In this document: in pieces, positions 37,250 to 52,200 of the stretch
Layout of the letters: the number at the start of each line of letters is the position of its first letter
Numbering within the stretch: the stretch's first letter is position 1
From: Centroscyllium fabricii
Lineage: Eukaryota
Direction: 5' to 3'
Assembly (NCBI GenBank): GCA_051313645.2
Contig: JBNRSN020000014.1
Span: 151,900,001-151,964,000, forward strand
Length of the DNA stretch: 64,000 nt
Notes under the pieces: model-generated
The model's database searches: none
What the model was told of the DNA's origin: nothing
The model's input: the letters and a program-made list of their open reading frames with translations, nothing else
Position numbers and translations under genes: made by a program

Positions 37250-40200
37250 GGAGGACTGACTGAGAGAGGATTGACTGAGAAATAACTGACTGAGAGAAGA
37301 TTGACTGAGGGAGAACTGACTGAGGGAGAACTGACTGAGAGAGGATTGACTGAGGGAGAACTGACTGAGAGAGAACTGACTGAGAGAGAACTGACTGAGA
37401 GAGGATTGACTGAGAGAGGATTGACTGAGAGAGTATTGACTGCGAGAGGACTGACTGAGAGAGGACTGACTGAGAGAGAACTGACTGAGGGAGGATTGAC
37501 TGAGGGAGGATTGACTGAGGGAGGATTGACTGAGAGAGGATTGACTGAGAGACGACTGACTGAGAGAGGACTGACTGAGAGAGGATAGACTGAGATAGGA
37601 TTGACTGAGGGAGGATTGACTGAGAGTGGATTGACTGAGGGAGGATTGAATGAGAGAGGATTGACTGAGGGCGGATTGACTGAGAGAGAACTGACTCAGA
37701 GAAGATTGACCGAGGGAGGATTGACTGAGAGAGGATTGACTGAGAGAGAACTGACTGAGAGAGGATTGACTGAGGGAGGAATGACTGAGAGAGGATTGAC
37801 TGAGAGAGAACGGACTGAGAGAGGATTGACTGAGAGAGGATTGACTGAGAGAGGATTGACTGAGGGAGGATTGACTGAGAGAGAACTGACTGAGAGAGAA
37901 CTGACTGAGAGAGTATTTACTGAGGGAGGATAGACTGAGAGAGGATTGACTGAGGGAGGATTGACTGAGAGAGGATTGACTGAGAGAGAAATCACTGAGA
38001 GAGGATTGACTGAGGGAGAACTGACTGAGAGAGAACTGACTGATAGAGGATTGACTGAGAGAGGATTGACTGAGGGATGATTGAATGAGAGAGGATTGAC
38101 TGAGGGAGGATTGACTGAGAGAGAACTGACTGAGAGATGACTGACTGAGGGAGGTTTGACTGGGAGAGAACTGACTGAGAGAGGATTGACTGAGGGAGGA
38201 TTGACTGAGAGAGGATTGACTCAGAGAGGATTGATTGAGGGAGGATTGAATGAGAGAGGATTGACTGAGAGAGGATTGACTGAGAGAGGATTGACTCAGA
38301 GAATTGACTGTGAGAGGACTGACTGAGAGAGGACTGATTGAGAGAGGACTGACTGACAGAGAACTGACTGAGGGAGGAATGACTGAGAGAGGATTGACTA
38401 AGAGAGAACTGATGGAGAGAGGACTGAGAGAGGACTGACTGAGAGAAGATTGACTGAGCGAGGATTGACTGAGTGAGGATTGACTGAGAGAGGATTGACT
38501 GAGGGAGGATTGACTGAGAGAGGATTGACTGAGGGACGATTGACTGAGGGAGGACTGACTGAGAGAGAAATGACTGAGAGAGGACTGACTGAGAGAGGAT
38601 TGACTGAGGGAGGATTGACTGAGAGAGGATTGACTGACAGAGAACTGACTGAGGGAGGATTAACTGAGGGAGGTTTGACTGAGAGAGGATTGACTGAGGG
38701 AGGATTGACTGAGAGAGAACTGACTGAGAGAGGATTGACTGAGAGAAGATTGACTGAGAGAAGATTGACTGAGGGAGGATTGACTGAGGGAGTATTGACT
38801 GAGAAAGGATTGACTGAGGGAGGATTGACTGAGAGAGAACTGACTGAGAGAGGATTGACTGAGAGAAGATTGACTGAGAGAGGATTGACTGAGGGAGGAT
38901 TGACTGAGAGAGGATTGACTGGGAGAGAACTGACTGAGAGAGTATTGACTGAGGGAGGATTGACTGAGAGAGTATTGACTGAGAGAGAACTGACTGAGAG
39001 AGGATTGACTGAGAGAGGATTGACTGAGAGAGGATTGACTGAGGGAGGACTGACAGAGAGGATTGATTGAGGGAGTATTCACTGAGAGACGATTGACTGA
39101 GGGAGGATTGACTGAGAGAGGATTGACTGAGAGAGAACTGACTAAGAGAGGATTGACTGAGGGAGGATTGACTGAGAGACGATTTACTGAGAGAGAACTG
39201 ACTGTGAGAGGATTGACTGAGGGAGGATTGACTGAGAGAGGATTGACTGAGAGAGGACTGACTGAGAGAGGATTGACTGAGAGAGAACTGACTGAGAGAG
39301 GATTGACTGAGAGAGGATTGACTGATAGAGGACTGACTGAGGGAGGACTGACTGAGGGAGGACTGACTGAGGGAGTATTGACTGAGAAATAACTGACTGA
39401 GAGAAGATTGACTGAGGGAGAACTGACTGAGGGAGAACTGACTGAGGGAGAACTGACTGAGAGAGGATTGACTGAGGGAGAACTGACTGAGAGAGAACTG
39501 ACTGAGAGAGAACTGACTGAGAGAGGATTGACTGAGAGAGGATTGACTGAGAGAGGATTGACTGAGGGAGGATTGACTGAGAGAGAACTGACTGAGAGAG
39601 GATTGATTGAGGGAGGATTCACTGAGAGACGATTGACTGAGGGAGGATTGACTGAGAGAGGATTGACTGAGAGAGAACTGACTGAGAGAGGATTGACTGA
39701 GGGAGGATTGACTGAGAGAGGATTGACTGAGAGAGAACTGACTGTGAGAGGATTGACTGAGGGAGGATTGACTGAGAGAGGATTGACTGAGAGAGGACTG
39801 ACTGAGAGAGGATTGACTGAGAGAGAACTGACTGAGAGAGGATTGACTGAGAGAGGATTGACTGATAGAGGACTGACTGAGGGAGGACTGACTGAGAGAG
39901 GATTGACTGAGAAATAACTGACTGAGAGAAGATTGACTGAGGGAGAACTGACTGAGGGAGAACTGACTGAGAGAGGATTGACTGAGGGAGAACTGACTGA
40001 GAGAGAACTGACTGAGAGAGAACTGACTGAGAGAGGATTGACTGAGAGAGGATTGACTGAGAGAGAACTGACTGTGAGAGGATTGACTGAGGGAGGATTG
40101 ACTGAGGGAGGATTGACTGAGAGAGGATTGACTGAGAGACGACTGACTGAGAGAGGACTGACTGAGAGAGGATAGACTGAGAGAGGACTGACTGAGAGAG

Positions 40201-43200
40201 AACTGACTGAGGGAGGATTGACTGAGGGAGGATTGACTGAGGGAGGATTGACTGAGAGAGGATTGACTGAGAGACGACTGACTGAGAGAGGACTGACTGA
40301 GAGAGGATAGACTGAGATAGGATTGACTGAGGGAGGATTGACTGAGAGTGGATTGACTGAGGGAGGATTGAATGATAGAGGATTGACTGAGGGCGGATTG
40401 ACTGAGAGAGAACTGACTCAGAAAAGATTGACCGAGGGAGGATTGACTGAGAGAGGATTGACTGAGAGAGAACTGACTGAGAGAGGATTGACTGAGGGAG
40501 AAATGACTGAGAGAGGATTGACTGAGAGAGAACTGACTGAGAGAGGATTGACTGAGAGAGGATTGACTGAGAGAGGATTGACTGAGGGAGGATTGACTGA
40601 GAGAGAACTGACTGAGAGAGAACTGACTGAGAGAGTATTTACTGAGGGAGGATAGACTGAGAGAGGATTGACTGAGGGAGGATTGACTGAGAGAGGATTG
40701 ACTGAGAGAGAAATGACTGAGAGAGGATTGACTGAGGGAGAACTGACTGAGAGAGAACTGACTGAGAGAGGATTGACTGAGAGAGGATTGACTGAGGGAT
40801 GATTGAATGAGAGAGGATTGACTGAGGGAGGATTGACTGAGAGAGAACTGACTGAGAGATGACTGACTGAGGGAGGTTTGACTGGGAGAGAACTGACTGA
40901 GAGAGGATTGACTGAGGGAGGATTGACTGAGAGAGGATTGACTCAGAGAGGATTGATTGAGGGAGGATTGAATGAGAGAGGATTGACTGAGAGAGGATTG
41001 ACTGAGAGAGGATTGACTCAGAGAATTGACTGTGAGAGGACTGACTGAGAGAGGACTGATTGAGAGAGGACTGACTGACAGAGAACTGACTGAGGGAGGA
41101 ATGACTGAGAGAGGATTGACTAAGAGAGAACTGATGGAGAGAGGACTGAGAGAGGACTGACTGAGAGAAGATTGACTGAGCGAGGATTGACTGAGAGAGG
41201 ATTGACTGAGAGAGGATTGACTGAGGGAGGATTGACTGAGAGAGGATTGACTGAGGGACGATTGACTGAGGGAGGACTGACTGAGAGAGAACTGACTGAG
41301 AGAGGACTGACTGAGAGAGGATTGACTGAGGGAGGATTGACTGAGAGAGGATTGACTGACAGAGAACTGACTGAGGGAGGATTAACTGAGGGAGGTTTGA
41401 CTGAGAGAGGATTGACTGAGGGAGGATTGACTGAGAGAGAACTGACTGAGAGAGGATTGACTGAGAGAAGATTGACTGAGAGAAGATTGACTGAGGGAGG
41501 ATTGACTGAGGGAGGATTGACTGAGAGAGAACTGACTGAGAGAGGATTGACTGAGAGAAGATTGACTGAGAGAGGATTGACTGAGGGAGGATTGACTGAG
41601 AGAGGATTGACTGGGAGAGAACTGACTGAGAGAGTATTGACTGAGGGAGGATTGACTGAGAGAGTATTGACTGAGAGAGAACTGACTGAGAGAGGATTGA
41701 CTGAGAGAGGATTGACTGAGAGAGGATTGACTGAGGGAGGACTGACAGAGAGGATTGATTGAGGGAGTATTCACTGAGAGACGATTGACTGAGGGAGGAT
41801 TGACTGAGAGAGGATTGACTGAGAGAGAACTGACTGAGAGAGGATTGACTGAGGGAGGATTGACTGAGAGACGATTTACTGAGAGAGAACTGACTGTGAA
41901 AGGATTGACTGAGGGAGGATTGACTGAGAGAGGATTGACTGAGAGAGGACTGACTGAGAGAGGATTGACTGAGAGAGAACTGACTGAGAGAGGATTGACT
42001 GAGAGAGGATTGACTGATAGAGGACTGACTGAGGGAGGACTGACTGAGGGAGTATTGACTGAGAAATAACTGACTGAGAGAAGATTGACTGAGGGAGAAC
42101 TGACTGAGGGAGAACTGACTGAGGGAGAACTGACTGAGAGAGGATTGACTGAGGGAGAACTGACTGAGAGAGAACTGACTGAGAGAGAACTGACTGAGAG
42201 AGGATTGACTGAGAGAGGATTGACTGAGAGAGGATTGACTGCGAGAGGACTGACTGAGAGAGGACTGACTGAGAGAGAACTGACTGAGGGAGGATTGACT
42301 GAGGGAGGATTGACTGAGGGAGGATTGACTGAGAGAGGATTGACTGAGAGACGACTGACTGAGAGAGGACTGACTGAGAGAGGATTGACTGAGATAGGAT
42401 TGACTGAGGGAGGATTGACTGAGAGAGGATTGACTGAGGGAGGATTGAATGAGAGAGGATTGACTGAGGGAGGATTGACTGAGAGAGAACTGACTCAGAG
42501 AAGATGGACCGAGGGAGGATTGACTGAGAGAGGATTGACTGAGAGAGAACTGACTGAGAGAGGATTGACTGAGGGAGGAATGACTGAGAGAGGATTGACT
42601 GAGAGAGAACTGACTGAGAGAGGATTGACTGAGAGAGGATTGACTGAGAGAGGATTGACTGAGGGAGGATTGACTGAGGGAGGATTGACTGAGAGAGAAC
42701 TGTGTGAGAGATGACTGACTGAGGGAGGTTTGACTGAGAGAGAACTGACTGAGAGAGGATTGACTGAGGGAGGATTGACTGAGAGAGGATTGACTCAGAG
42801 AGGATTGATTGAGGGAGGATTGAATGAGAGAGGATTGACTGAGAGAGGATTGACTGGGAGAGGATTGACTCAGAGAATTGACTGTGAGAGGACTGACTGA
42901 GAGAGGACTGATTGAGAGAGGACTGACTGACAGAGAACTGACTGAGGGAGGAATGACTGAGAGAGGATTGACTAAGAGAGAACTGACGGAGAGAGGACTG
43001 AGAGAGGACTGACTGAGGGAGGATTGACTGAGCGAGGATTGACTGAGAGAGGATTGACGGAGAGATGATTGACTGAGGGAGGATTGACTGAGAGAGGATT
43101 GACTGAGGGAGGATTGACTGAGAGAGAACTGACTGAGAGAAGATTGACTGAGGGAGGATTGACTGAGAGAGGATTGACTGAGGGAGGACTGACTGAGAGA

Positions 43201-46200
43201 GGACTGACTGAGAGAAGATTGACTGAGAGAGGATTGACTGAGAGAGGATTGACTGATAGAGGACTGACTGAGGGAGGACTGACTGAGAGAGGATTGACTG
43301 AGAAATAACTGACTGAGAGGATTGACTGAGGGAGAACTGACTGAGGGAGAACTGACAGAGAGGATTGACTGAGGGAGAACTGACTGAGAGAGAACAGACT
43401 GAGAGAGAACTGACTGAGAGAGGATTGACTGAGGGAGGATTGACTGAGGGAGGATTGACTGAGGGAGGATTGACTGAGAGAGGATTGACTGAGAGAGGAC
43501 TGACAGAGAGGATTGACTGAGGGAGGATTGACTGAGAGAGGATTGACTGAGAGAGGATTGACTGTGAGAGAACTGACTGAGAGAGAACTGACTGAGAGAG
43601 AACTGACTGAGAGAGGATTGACTGAGGGAGGATTGACTGAGAGAGGATTGACTGAGAGAGAACTGACTGAGAGAGGATTGACTGAGGGATGATTGACTGA
43701 GAGAGGATTGACTGAGAGAAGATTGACTGTGAGAGGATTGACTGAGGGAGGATTGACTGAGAGAGAACTGACTGAGAGAGGATTGACTGAGGGAGGATTG
43801 ACTGAGAGAGGATTGACTGAGGGAGGATTGACTGAGAGAGGATTGGCTGAGAGAGAACTGACTGAGAGAGGATTGACTGAGGGAGGATTGACTGAGAGAG
43901 GATTGACTGAGAGAGAACTAACTGAGAGAGGATTGACTGAGGGAGGATTGACTGAGAGAGGATTGACTGAGAGAGGACTGACTGAGGGAGGATTGACTGA
44001 GAGAGAAGTGACTGAGAGAGGATTGACTGTGAGAGGATTGACTGATAGAGGACTGTCTGAGGGAGGACTGACAGAGAGAGGATTGACTGAGAAGTAACTG
44101 ACTGAGAGAGGATTGACTGAGGGAGAACTGACTGAGGGAGAACTGACTGAGAGAGTATTGACTGAGGGAGAACTGACTGAGAGAGAACTGACTGAGAGAG
44201 AACTGACTGAGAGAGGATTGACTGAGAGAGGATTGACTGAGAGAGGATTGACTGCGAGAGGACTGACTGAGAGAGGACTGACTGAGAGAGGACTGACTGA
44301 GAGAGAACTGACTGAGGGAGGATTGATTGAGGGAGGATTGACTCAGGGAGGATTGACTGAGAGAGGATTGACTGAGAGAGGACTGACTGAGAGAGGATTG
44401 ACTGAGAGAGGATTGACTGAGAGAGGTTTGACTGAGGGAGGATTGACTGAGAGAGGATTGACTGAGGAAGGATTGAATGAGAGAGAATTGACTGAGGAAG
44501 GATTGACTGAGAGAGAACTGACTCAGAGAGGATTGACTGAGGGAGGATTGAATGAGAGAGAATTGACTGAGAGAGAACTGACTGGGAGAGGATTGACTGA
44601 GGGAGGAATGACTGAGAGAGGATTGACTGAGAGAGAACTGAATGAGAGAGGATTGACTGAGAGAGGATTGACTGAGGGAGGATTGACTGAGAGAGAACTG
44701 ACTGAGAGAGTATTTACTGAGGGAGGATTGACTGAGAGAGGATTGACTGAGGGAGGATTGACTGAGAGAAGATTGACTGAGAGATAACTGACTGAGAGAG
44801 GATTGACTGAGGGAGAACTGACTGAGAGAGAACTGACTGAGAGAGAACTGACTGAGAGAGTATAGACTGAGAGAGAACTGACTGAGGGAGGACCGACTGA
44901 GAGAGGATTGACTGAGAGAGGATTGACTGAGGGAGGATTGAATGAGAGAGGATTGACTGAGGGAGGATTGACTGAGAAGACTGACTGAGGGAGAACTGAC
45001 TGAGAGAGGATTGACTGAGGGAGGATTGATTGAGAGAGGATTGATTCGGAGAGGATTGACTGAGGGAGGATTGAATGAGAGAGGATTGACTGAGGGAGGA
45101 TTGACTGAGGGAGAACTGACTGAGGGAGAACTGACTGAGGGAGAACTGACTGAGAGAGGATTGACTGAGAGAGGACTGACTGAGAGAGGACTGAATGAGA
45201 GAGGACTGACTGAGGGAGGATTTACTGAGAGAGCATTGACTGATAGAGGATTGACTGAGAGAGAACTGACTGAGAGAGGATTGACTGAGGGAGGACTGAC
45301 TGAGAGAGAACTGACTGAGAGAGGACTCACTGAGAGAGGATTGACTGAGAGAGAACTGACTGAGGGAGGACTGACTGAGAGAGGATTGACTGAGAGAGAA
45401 CTGTTGAGAGAGGATTGACTGAGGGAGGAATGACTGAGAGAGAACTGACTGAGAGAGGACTGACTGAGAGAGGATTGACTGAGGGAGGATTAACTGAGAG
45501 AGGATTGACTGAGAGAGAACTGACTGAGAGAGGATTGACTGAGGGAGGTTTGACTGAGAGAGGATTGACTGAGGGAGGATTGACTGAGAGAGAACTGACT
45601 GAGTGAGGATTGACTGAGAGAGGATTGACTGAGAGAGGACTGACTGAGAGAGGACTGACTGAGGGAGGATTTACTGAGAGAGCATTGACTGATAGAGGAT
45701 TGACTGAGCGAGAACTGACTGAGAGAGGATTGACTGAGGGAGGACTGACTGAGAGAGAACTGACTGAGAGAGGATTGACTGAGAGAGGATTGACTGAGAG
45801 AGGATTGACTGAGAGACGACTGACTGAGAGAGGACTGACTGAGAGAGGATAGACTGAGATAGGATTGACTGAGGGAGGATTGACTGAGAGTGGATTGACT
45901 GAGGGAGGATTGAATGAGAGAGGATTGACTGAGGGCGGATTGACTGAGAGAGAACTGACTCAGAGAAGATTGACCGAGGGAGGATTGACTGAGAGAGGAT
46001 TGACTGAGAGAGAACTGACTGAGAGAGGATTGACTGAGGGAGGAATGACTGAGAGAGGATTGACTGAGAGAGAACTGACTGAGAGAGGATTGACTGAGAG
46101 AGGATTGACTGAGAGAGGATTGACTGAGGGAGGATTGACTGAGAGAGAACTGACTGAGAGAGAACTGACTGAGAGAGTATTTACTGAGGGAGGATAGACT

Positions 46201-49200
46201 GAGAGAGGATTGACTGAGGGAGGATTGACTGAGAGAGGATTGACTGAGAGAGAAATGACTGAGAGAGGATTGACTGAGGGAGAACTGACTGAGAGAGAAC
46301 TGACTGAGAGAGGATTGACTGAGAGAGGATTGACTGAGGGATGATTGAATGAGAGAGGATTGACTGAGGGAGGATTGACTGAGAGAGAACTGACTGAGAG
46401 ATGACTGACTGAGGGAGGTTTGACTGGGAGAGAACTGACTGAGAGAGGATTGAGTGAGGGAGGATTGACTGAGAGAGGATTGACTCAGAGAGGATTGATT
46501 GAGGGAGGATTGAATGAGAGAGGATTGACTGAGAGAGGATTGACTGAGAGAGGATTGACTCAGAGAATTGACTGTGAGAGGACTGACTGAGAGAGGACTG
46601 ATTGAGAGAGGACTGACTGACAGAGAACTGACTGAGGGAGGAATGACTGAGAGAGGATTGACTAAGAGAGAACTGATGGAGAGAGGACTGAGAGAGGACT
46701 GACTGAGAGAAGATTGACTGAGCGAGGATTGACTGAGAGAGGATTGACTGAGAGAGGATTGACTGAGGGAGGATTGACTGAGAGAGGATTGACTGAGGGA
46801 CGATTGACTGAGGGAGGACTGACTGAGAGAGAACTGACTGAGAGAGGACTGACTGAGAGAGGATTGACTGAGGGAGGATTGACTGAGAGAGGATTGACTG
46901 ACAGAGAACTGACTGAGGGAGGATTAACTGAGGGAGGTTTGACTGAGAGAGGATTGACTGAGGGAGGATTGACTGAGAGAGAACTGACTGAGAGAGGATT
47001 GACTGAGAGAAGATTGACTGAGAGAAGATTGACTGAGGGAGGATTGACTGAGGGAGGATTGACTGAGAGAGGATTGACTGAGGGAGGATTGACTGAGAGA
47101 GAACTGACTGAGAGAAGATTGACTGAGAGAAGATTGACTGAGAGAGGATTGACTGAGGGAGGATTGACTGAGAGAGGATTGACTGGGAGAGAACTGACTG
47201 AGAGAGTATTGACTGAGGGAGGATTGACTGAGAGAATATTGACTGAGAGAGAACTGACTGAGAGAGGATTGACTGAGAGAGGATTGACTGAGAGAGGATT
47301 GACTGAGGGAGGACTGACAGAGAGGATTGATTGAGGGAGTATTCACTGAGAGACGATTGACTGAGGGAGGATTGACTGAGAGAGGATTGACTGAGAGAGA
47401 ACTGACTGAGAGAGGATTGACTGAGGGAGGATTGACTGAGAGACGATTTACTGAGAGAGAACTGACTGTGAGAGGATTGACTGAGGGAGGATTGACTGAG
47501 AGAGGATTGACTGAGAGAGGACTGACTGAGAGAGGATTGACTGAGAGAGAACTGACTGAGAGAGGATTGACTGAGGGAGGTTTGACTGAGAGAGAACTGA
47601 CTGAGAGAGGATTGACTGAGGGAGGATTGACTGAGAGAGGATTGACTCAGAGAGGATTGATTGAGGGAGGATTGAATGAGAGAGGATTGACTGAGAGACG
47701 ATTGACTGGGAGAGGATTGACTCAGAGAATTGACTGTGAGAGGACTGACTGAGAGAGGACTGATTGAGAGAGGACTGACTGACAGAGAACTGACTGAGGG
47801 AGGAATGACTGAGAGAGGATTGACTAAGAGAGAACTGACGGAGAGAGGACTGAGAGAGGACTGACTGAGGGAGGATTGACTGAGCGAGGATTGACTGAGA
47901 GAGGATTGACGGAGAGATGATTGACTGAGGGAGGATTGACTGAGAGAGGATTGACTGAGGGAGGATTGACTGAGAGAGAACTGACTGAGAGAAGATTGAC
48001 TGAGGGAGGATTGACTGAGAGAGGATTGACTGAGGGAGGACTGACTGAGAGAGGACTGACTGAGAGAAGATTGACTGAGAGAGGATTGACTGAGAGAGGA
48101 TTGACTGATAGAGGACTGACTGAGGGAGGACTGACTGAGAGAGGATTGACTGAGAAATAACTGACTGAGAGGATTGACTGAGGGAGAACTGACTGAGGGA
48201 GAACTGACAGAGAGGATTGACTGAGGGAGAACTGACTGAGAGAGAACAGACTGAGAGAGAACTGACTGAGAGAGGATTGACTGAGGGAGGATTGACTGAG
48301 GGAGGATTGACTGAGGTAGGATTGACTGAGAGAGGATTGACTGAGAGAGGACTGACTGAGAGAGGATTGACTGAGGGAGGATTGACTGAGAGAGGATTGA
48401 CTGAGAGAGGATTGACTGAGAGAGAACTGACTGAGAGAGAACTGACTGAGAGAGAACTGACTGAGAGAGGATTGACTGAGGGAGGATTGACTGAGAGAGG
48501 ATTGACTGAGAGAGAACTGACTGAGAGAGGATTGACTGAGGGATGATTGACTGAGAGAGGATTGACTGAGAGAAGATTGACTGTGAGAGGATTGACTGAG
48601 GGAGGATTGACTGAGAGAGAACTGACTGAGAGAGGATTGACTGAGGGAGGATTGACTGAGAGAGGATTGACTGAGGGAGGATTGACTGAGAGAGGATTGG
48701 CTGAGAGAGAACTGACTGAGAGAGGATTGACTGAGGGAGGATTGACTGAGAGAGGATTGACTGAGAGAGAACTAACTGAGAGAGGATTGACTGAGGGAGG
48801 ATTGACTGAGAGAGGATTGACTGAGAGAGGACTGACTGAGGGAGGATTGACTGAGAGAGAAGTGACTGAGAGAGGATTGACTGTGAGAGGATTGACTGAT
48901 AGAGGACTGTCTGAGGGAGGACTGACAGAGAGAGGATTGACTGAGAAGTAACTGACTGAGAGAGGATTGACTGAGGGAGAACTGACTGAGGGAGAACTGA
49001 CTGAGAGAGGATTGACTGAGGGAGAACTGACTGAGAGAGAACTGACTGAGAGAGGATTGACTGAGGGAGAACTGACTGAGGGAGAACTGACTGAGAGAGG
49101 ATTGACTGAGGGAGAACTGACTGAGAGAGAACTGACTGAGAGAGAACTGACTGAGAGAGGATTGACTGAGAGAGGATTGACTGAGAGAGGATTGACTGCG

Positions 49201-52200
49201 AGAGGACTGACTGAGAGAGGACTGACTGAGAGAGGACTGACTGAGAGAGAACTGACTGAGGGAGGATTGATTGAGGGAGGATTGACTCAGGGAGGATTGA
49301 CTGAGAGAGGATTGACTGAGAGAGGACTGACTGAGAGAGGATTGACTGAAAGAGGATTGACTGAGAGAGGTTTGACTGAGGGAGGATTGACTGAGAGAGG
49401 ATTGACTGAGGGAGGATTGAATGAGAGAGAATTGACTGAGGGAGGATTGACTGAGAGAGAACTGACTCAGAGAGGATTGACTGAGGGAGGATTGAATGAG
49501 AGAGAATTGACTGAGAGAGAACTGACTGGGAGAGGATTGACTGAGGGAGGAATGACTGAGAGAGGATTGACTGAGAGAGAACTGAATGAGAGAGGATTGA
49601 CTGAGAGAGGATTGACTGAGGGAGGATTGACTGAGAGAGAACTGACTGAGAGAGTATTTACTGAGGGATGATTGACTGAGAGAGGATTGACTGAGGGAGG
49701 ATTGACTGAGAGAAGATTGACTGAGAGATAACTGACTGAGAGAGGATTGACTGAGGGAGAACTGACTGAGAGAGAACTGACTGAGAGAGAACTGACTGAG
49801 AGAGTATAGACTGAGAGAGAACTGACTGAGGGAGGACCGACTGAGAGAGGATTGACTGAGAGAGGATTGACTGAGGGAGGATTGAATGAGAGAGGATTGA
49901 CTGAGTGAGGATTGACTGAGAAGACTGACTGAGGGAGAACTGACTGAGAGAGGATTGACTGAGGGAGGATTGATTGAGAGAGGATTGATTCGGAGAGGAT
50001 TGACTGAGGGAGGATTGAATGAGAGAGGATTGACTGAGGGAGGATTGACTGAGGGAGAACTGACTGAGGGAGAACTGACTGAGGGAGAACTGACTGAGAG
50101 AGGATTGACTGAGAGAGGACTGACTGAGAGAGGACTGAATGAGAGAGGACTGACTGAGGGAGGATTTACTGAGAGAGCATTGACTGATAGAGGATTGACT
50201 GAGAGAGAACTGACTGAGAGAGGATTGACTGAGGGAGGACTGACTGAGAGAGAACTGACTGAGAGAGGACTCACTGAGAGAGGATTGACTGAGAGAGAAC
50301 TGACTGAGGGAGGACTGACTGAGAGAGGATTGACTGAGAGAGAACTGTTGAGAGAGGATTGACTGAGGGAGGAATGACTGAGAGAGAACTGACTGAGAGA
50401 GGACTGACTGAGAGAGGATTGACTGAGGGAGGATTAACTGAGAGAGGATTGACTGAGAGAGAACTGACTGAGAGAGGATTGACTGAGGGAGGTTTGACTG
50501 AGAGAGGATTGACTGAGGGAGGATTGACTGAGAGAGAACTGACTGAGTGAGGATTGACTGAGAGAGGATTGACTGAGAGAGGACTGACTGAGAGAGGACT
50601 GACTGAGGGAGGATTTACTGAGAGAGCATTGACTGATAGAGGATTGACTGAGAGAGAACTGACTGAGAGAGGATTGACTGAGGGAGGACTGACTGAGAGA
50701 GAACTGACTGAGAGAGGATTGACTGAGAGAGGATTGACTGAGAGAGGATTGACTGAGAGACGACTGACTGAGAGAGGACTGACTGAGAGAGGATAGACTG
50801 AGATAGGATTGACTGAGGGAGGATTGACTGAGAGTGGATTGACTGAGGGAGGATTGAATGAGAGAGGATTGACTGAGGGCGGATTGACTGAGAGAGAACT
50901 GACTCAGAGAAGATTGACCGAGGGAGGATTGACTGAGAGAGGATTGACTGAGAGAGAACTGACTGAGAGAGGATTGACTGAGGGAGGAATGACTGAGAGA
51001 GGATTGACTGAGAGAGAACTGACTGAGAGAGGATTGACTGAGAGAGGATTGACTGAGAGAGGATTGACTGAGGGAGGATTGACTGAGAGAGAACTGACTG
51101 AGAGAGAACTGCCTGAGAGAGTATTTACTGAGGGAGGATAGACTGAGAGAGGATTGACTGAGGGAGGATTGACTGAGAGAGGATTGACTGAGAGAGAAAT
51201 GACTGAGAGAGGATTGACTGAGGGAGAACTGACTGAGAGAGAACTGACTGAGAGAGGATTGACTGAGAGAGGATTGACTGAGGGATGATTGAATGAGAGA
51301 GGATTGACTGAGGGAGGATTGACTGAGAGAGAACTGACTGAGAGATGACTGACTGAGGGAGGTTTGACTGGGAGAGAACTGACTGAGAGAGGATTGACTG
51401 AGGGAGGATTGACTGAGAGAGGATTGACTCAGAGAGGATTGATTGAGGGAGGATTGAATGAGAGAGGATTGACTGAGAGAGGATTGACTGAGAGAGGATT
51501 GACTCAGAGAATTGACTGTGAGAGGACTGACTGAGAGAGGACTGATTGAGAGAGGACTAACTGACAGAGAACTGACTGAGGGAGGAATGACTGAGAGAGG
51601 ATTGACTAAGAGAGAACTGATGGAGAGAGGACTGAGAGAGGAATGACTGAGAGAAGATTGACTGAGCGAGGATTGACTGAGAGAGGATTGACTGAGAGAG
51701 GATTGACTGAGGGAGGATTGACTGAGAGAGGATTGACTGAGGGACGATTGACTGAGGGAGGACTGACTGAGAGAGAACTGACTGAGAGAGGACTGACTGA
51801 GAGAGGATTGACTGAGGGAGGATTGACTGAGAGAGGATTGACTGACAGAGAACTGACTGAGGGAGGATTAACTGAGGGAGGTTTGACTGAGAGAGGATTG
51901 ACTGAGGGAGGATTGACTGAGAGAGAACTGACTGAGAGAGGATTGACTGAGAGAAGATTGACTGAGAGAAGATTGACTGAGGGAGGATTGACTGAGGGAG
52001 GATTGACTGAGAGAGGATTGACTGAGGGAGGATTGACTGAGAGAGAACTGACTGAGAGAGGATTGACTGAGAGAAGATTGACTGAGAGAGGATTGACTGA
52101 GGGAGGATTGACTGAGAGAGGATTGACTGGGAGAGAACTGACTGAGAGAGTATTGACTGAGGGAGGATTGACTGAGAGAATATTGACTGAGAGAGAACTG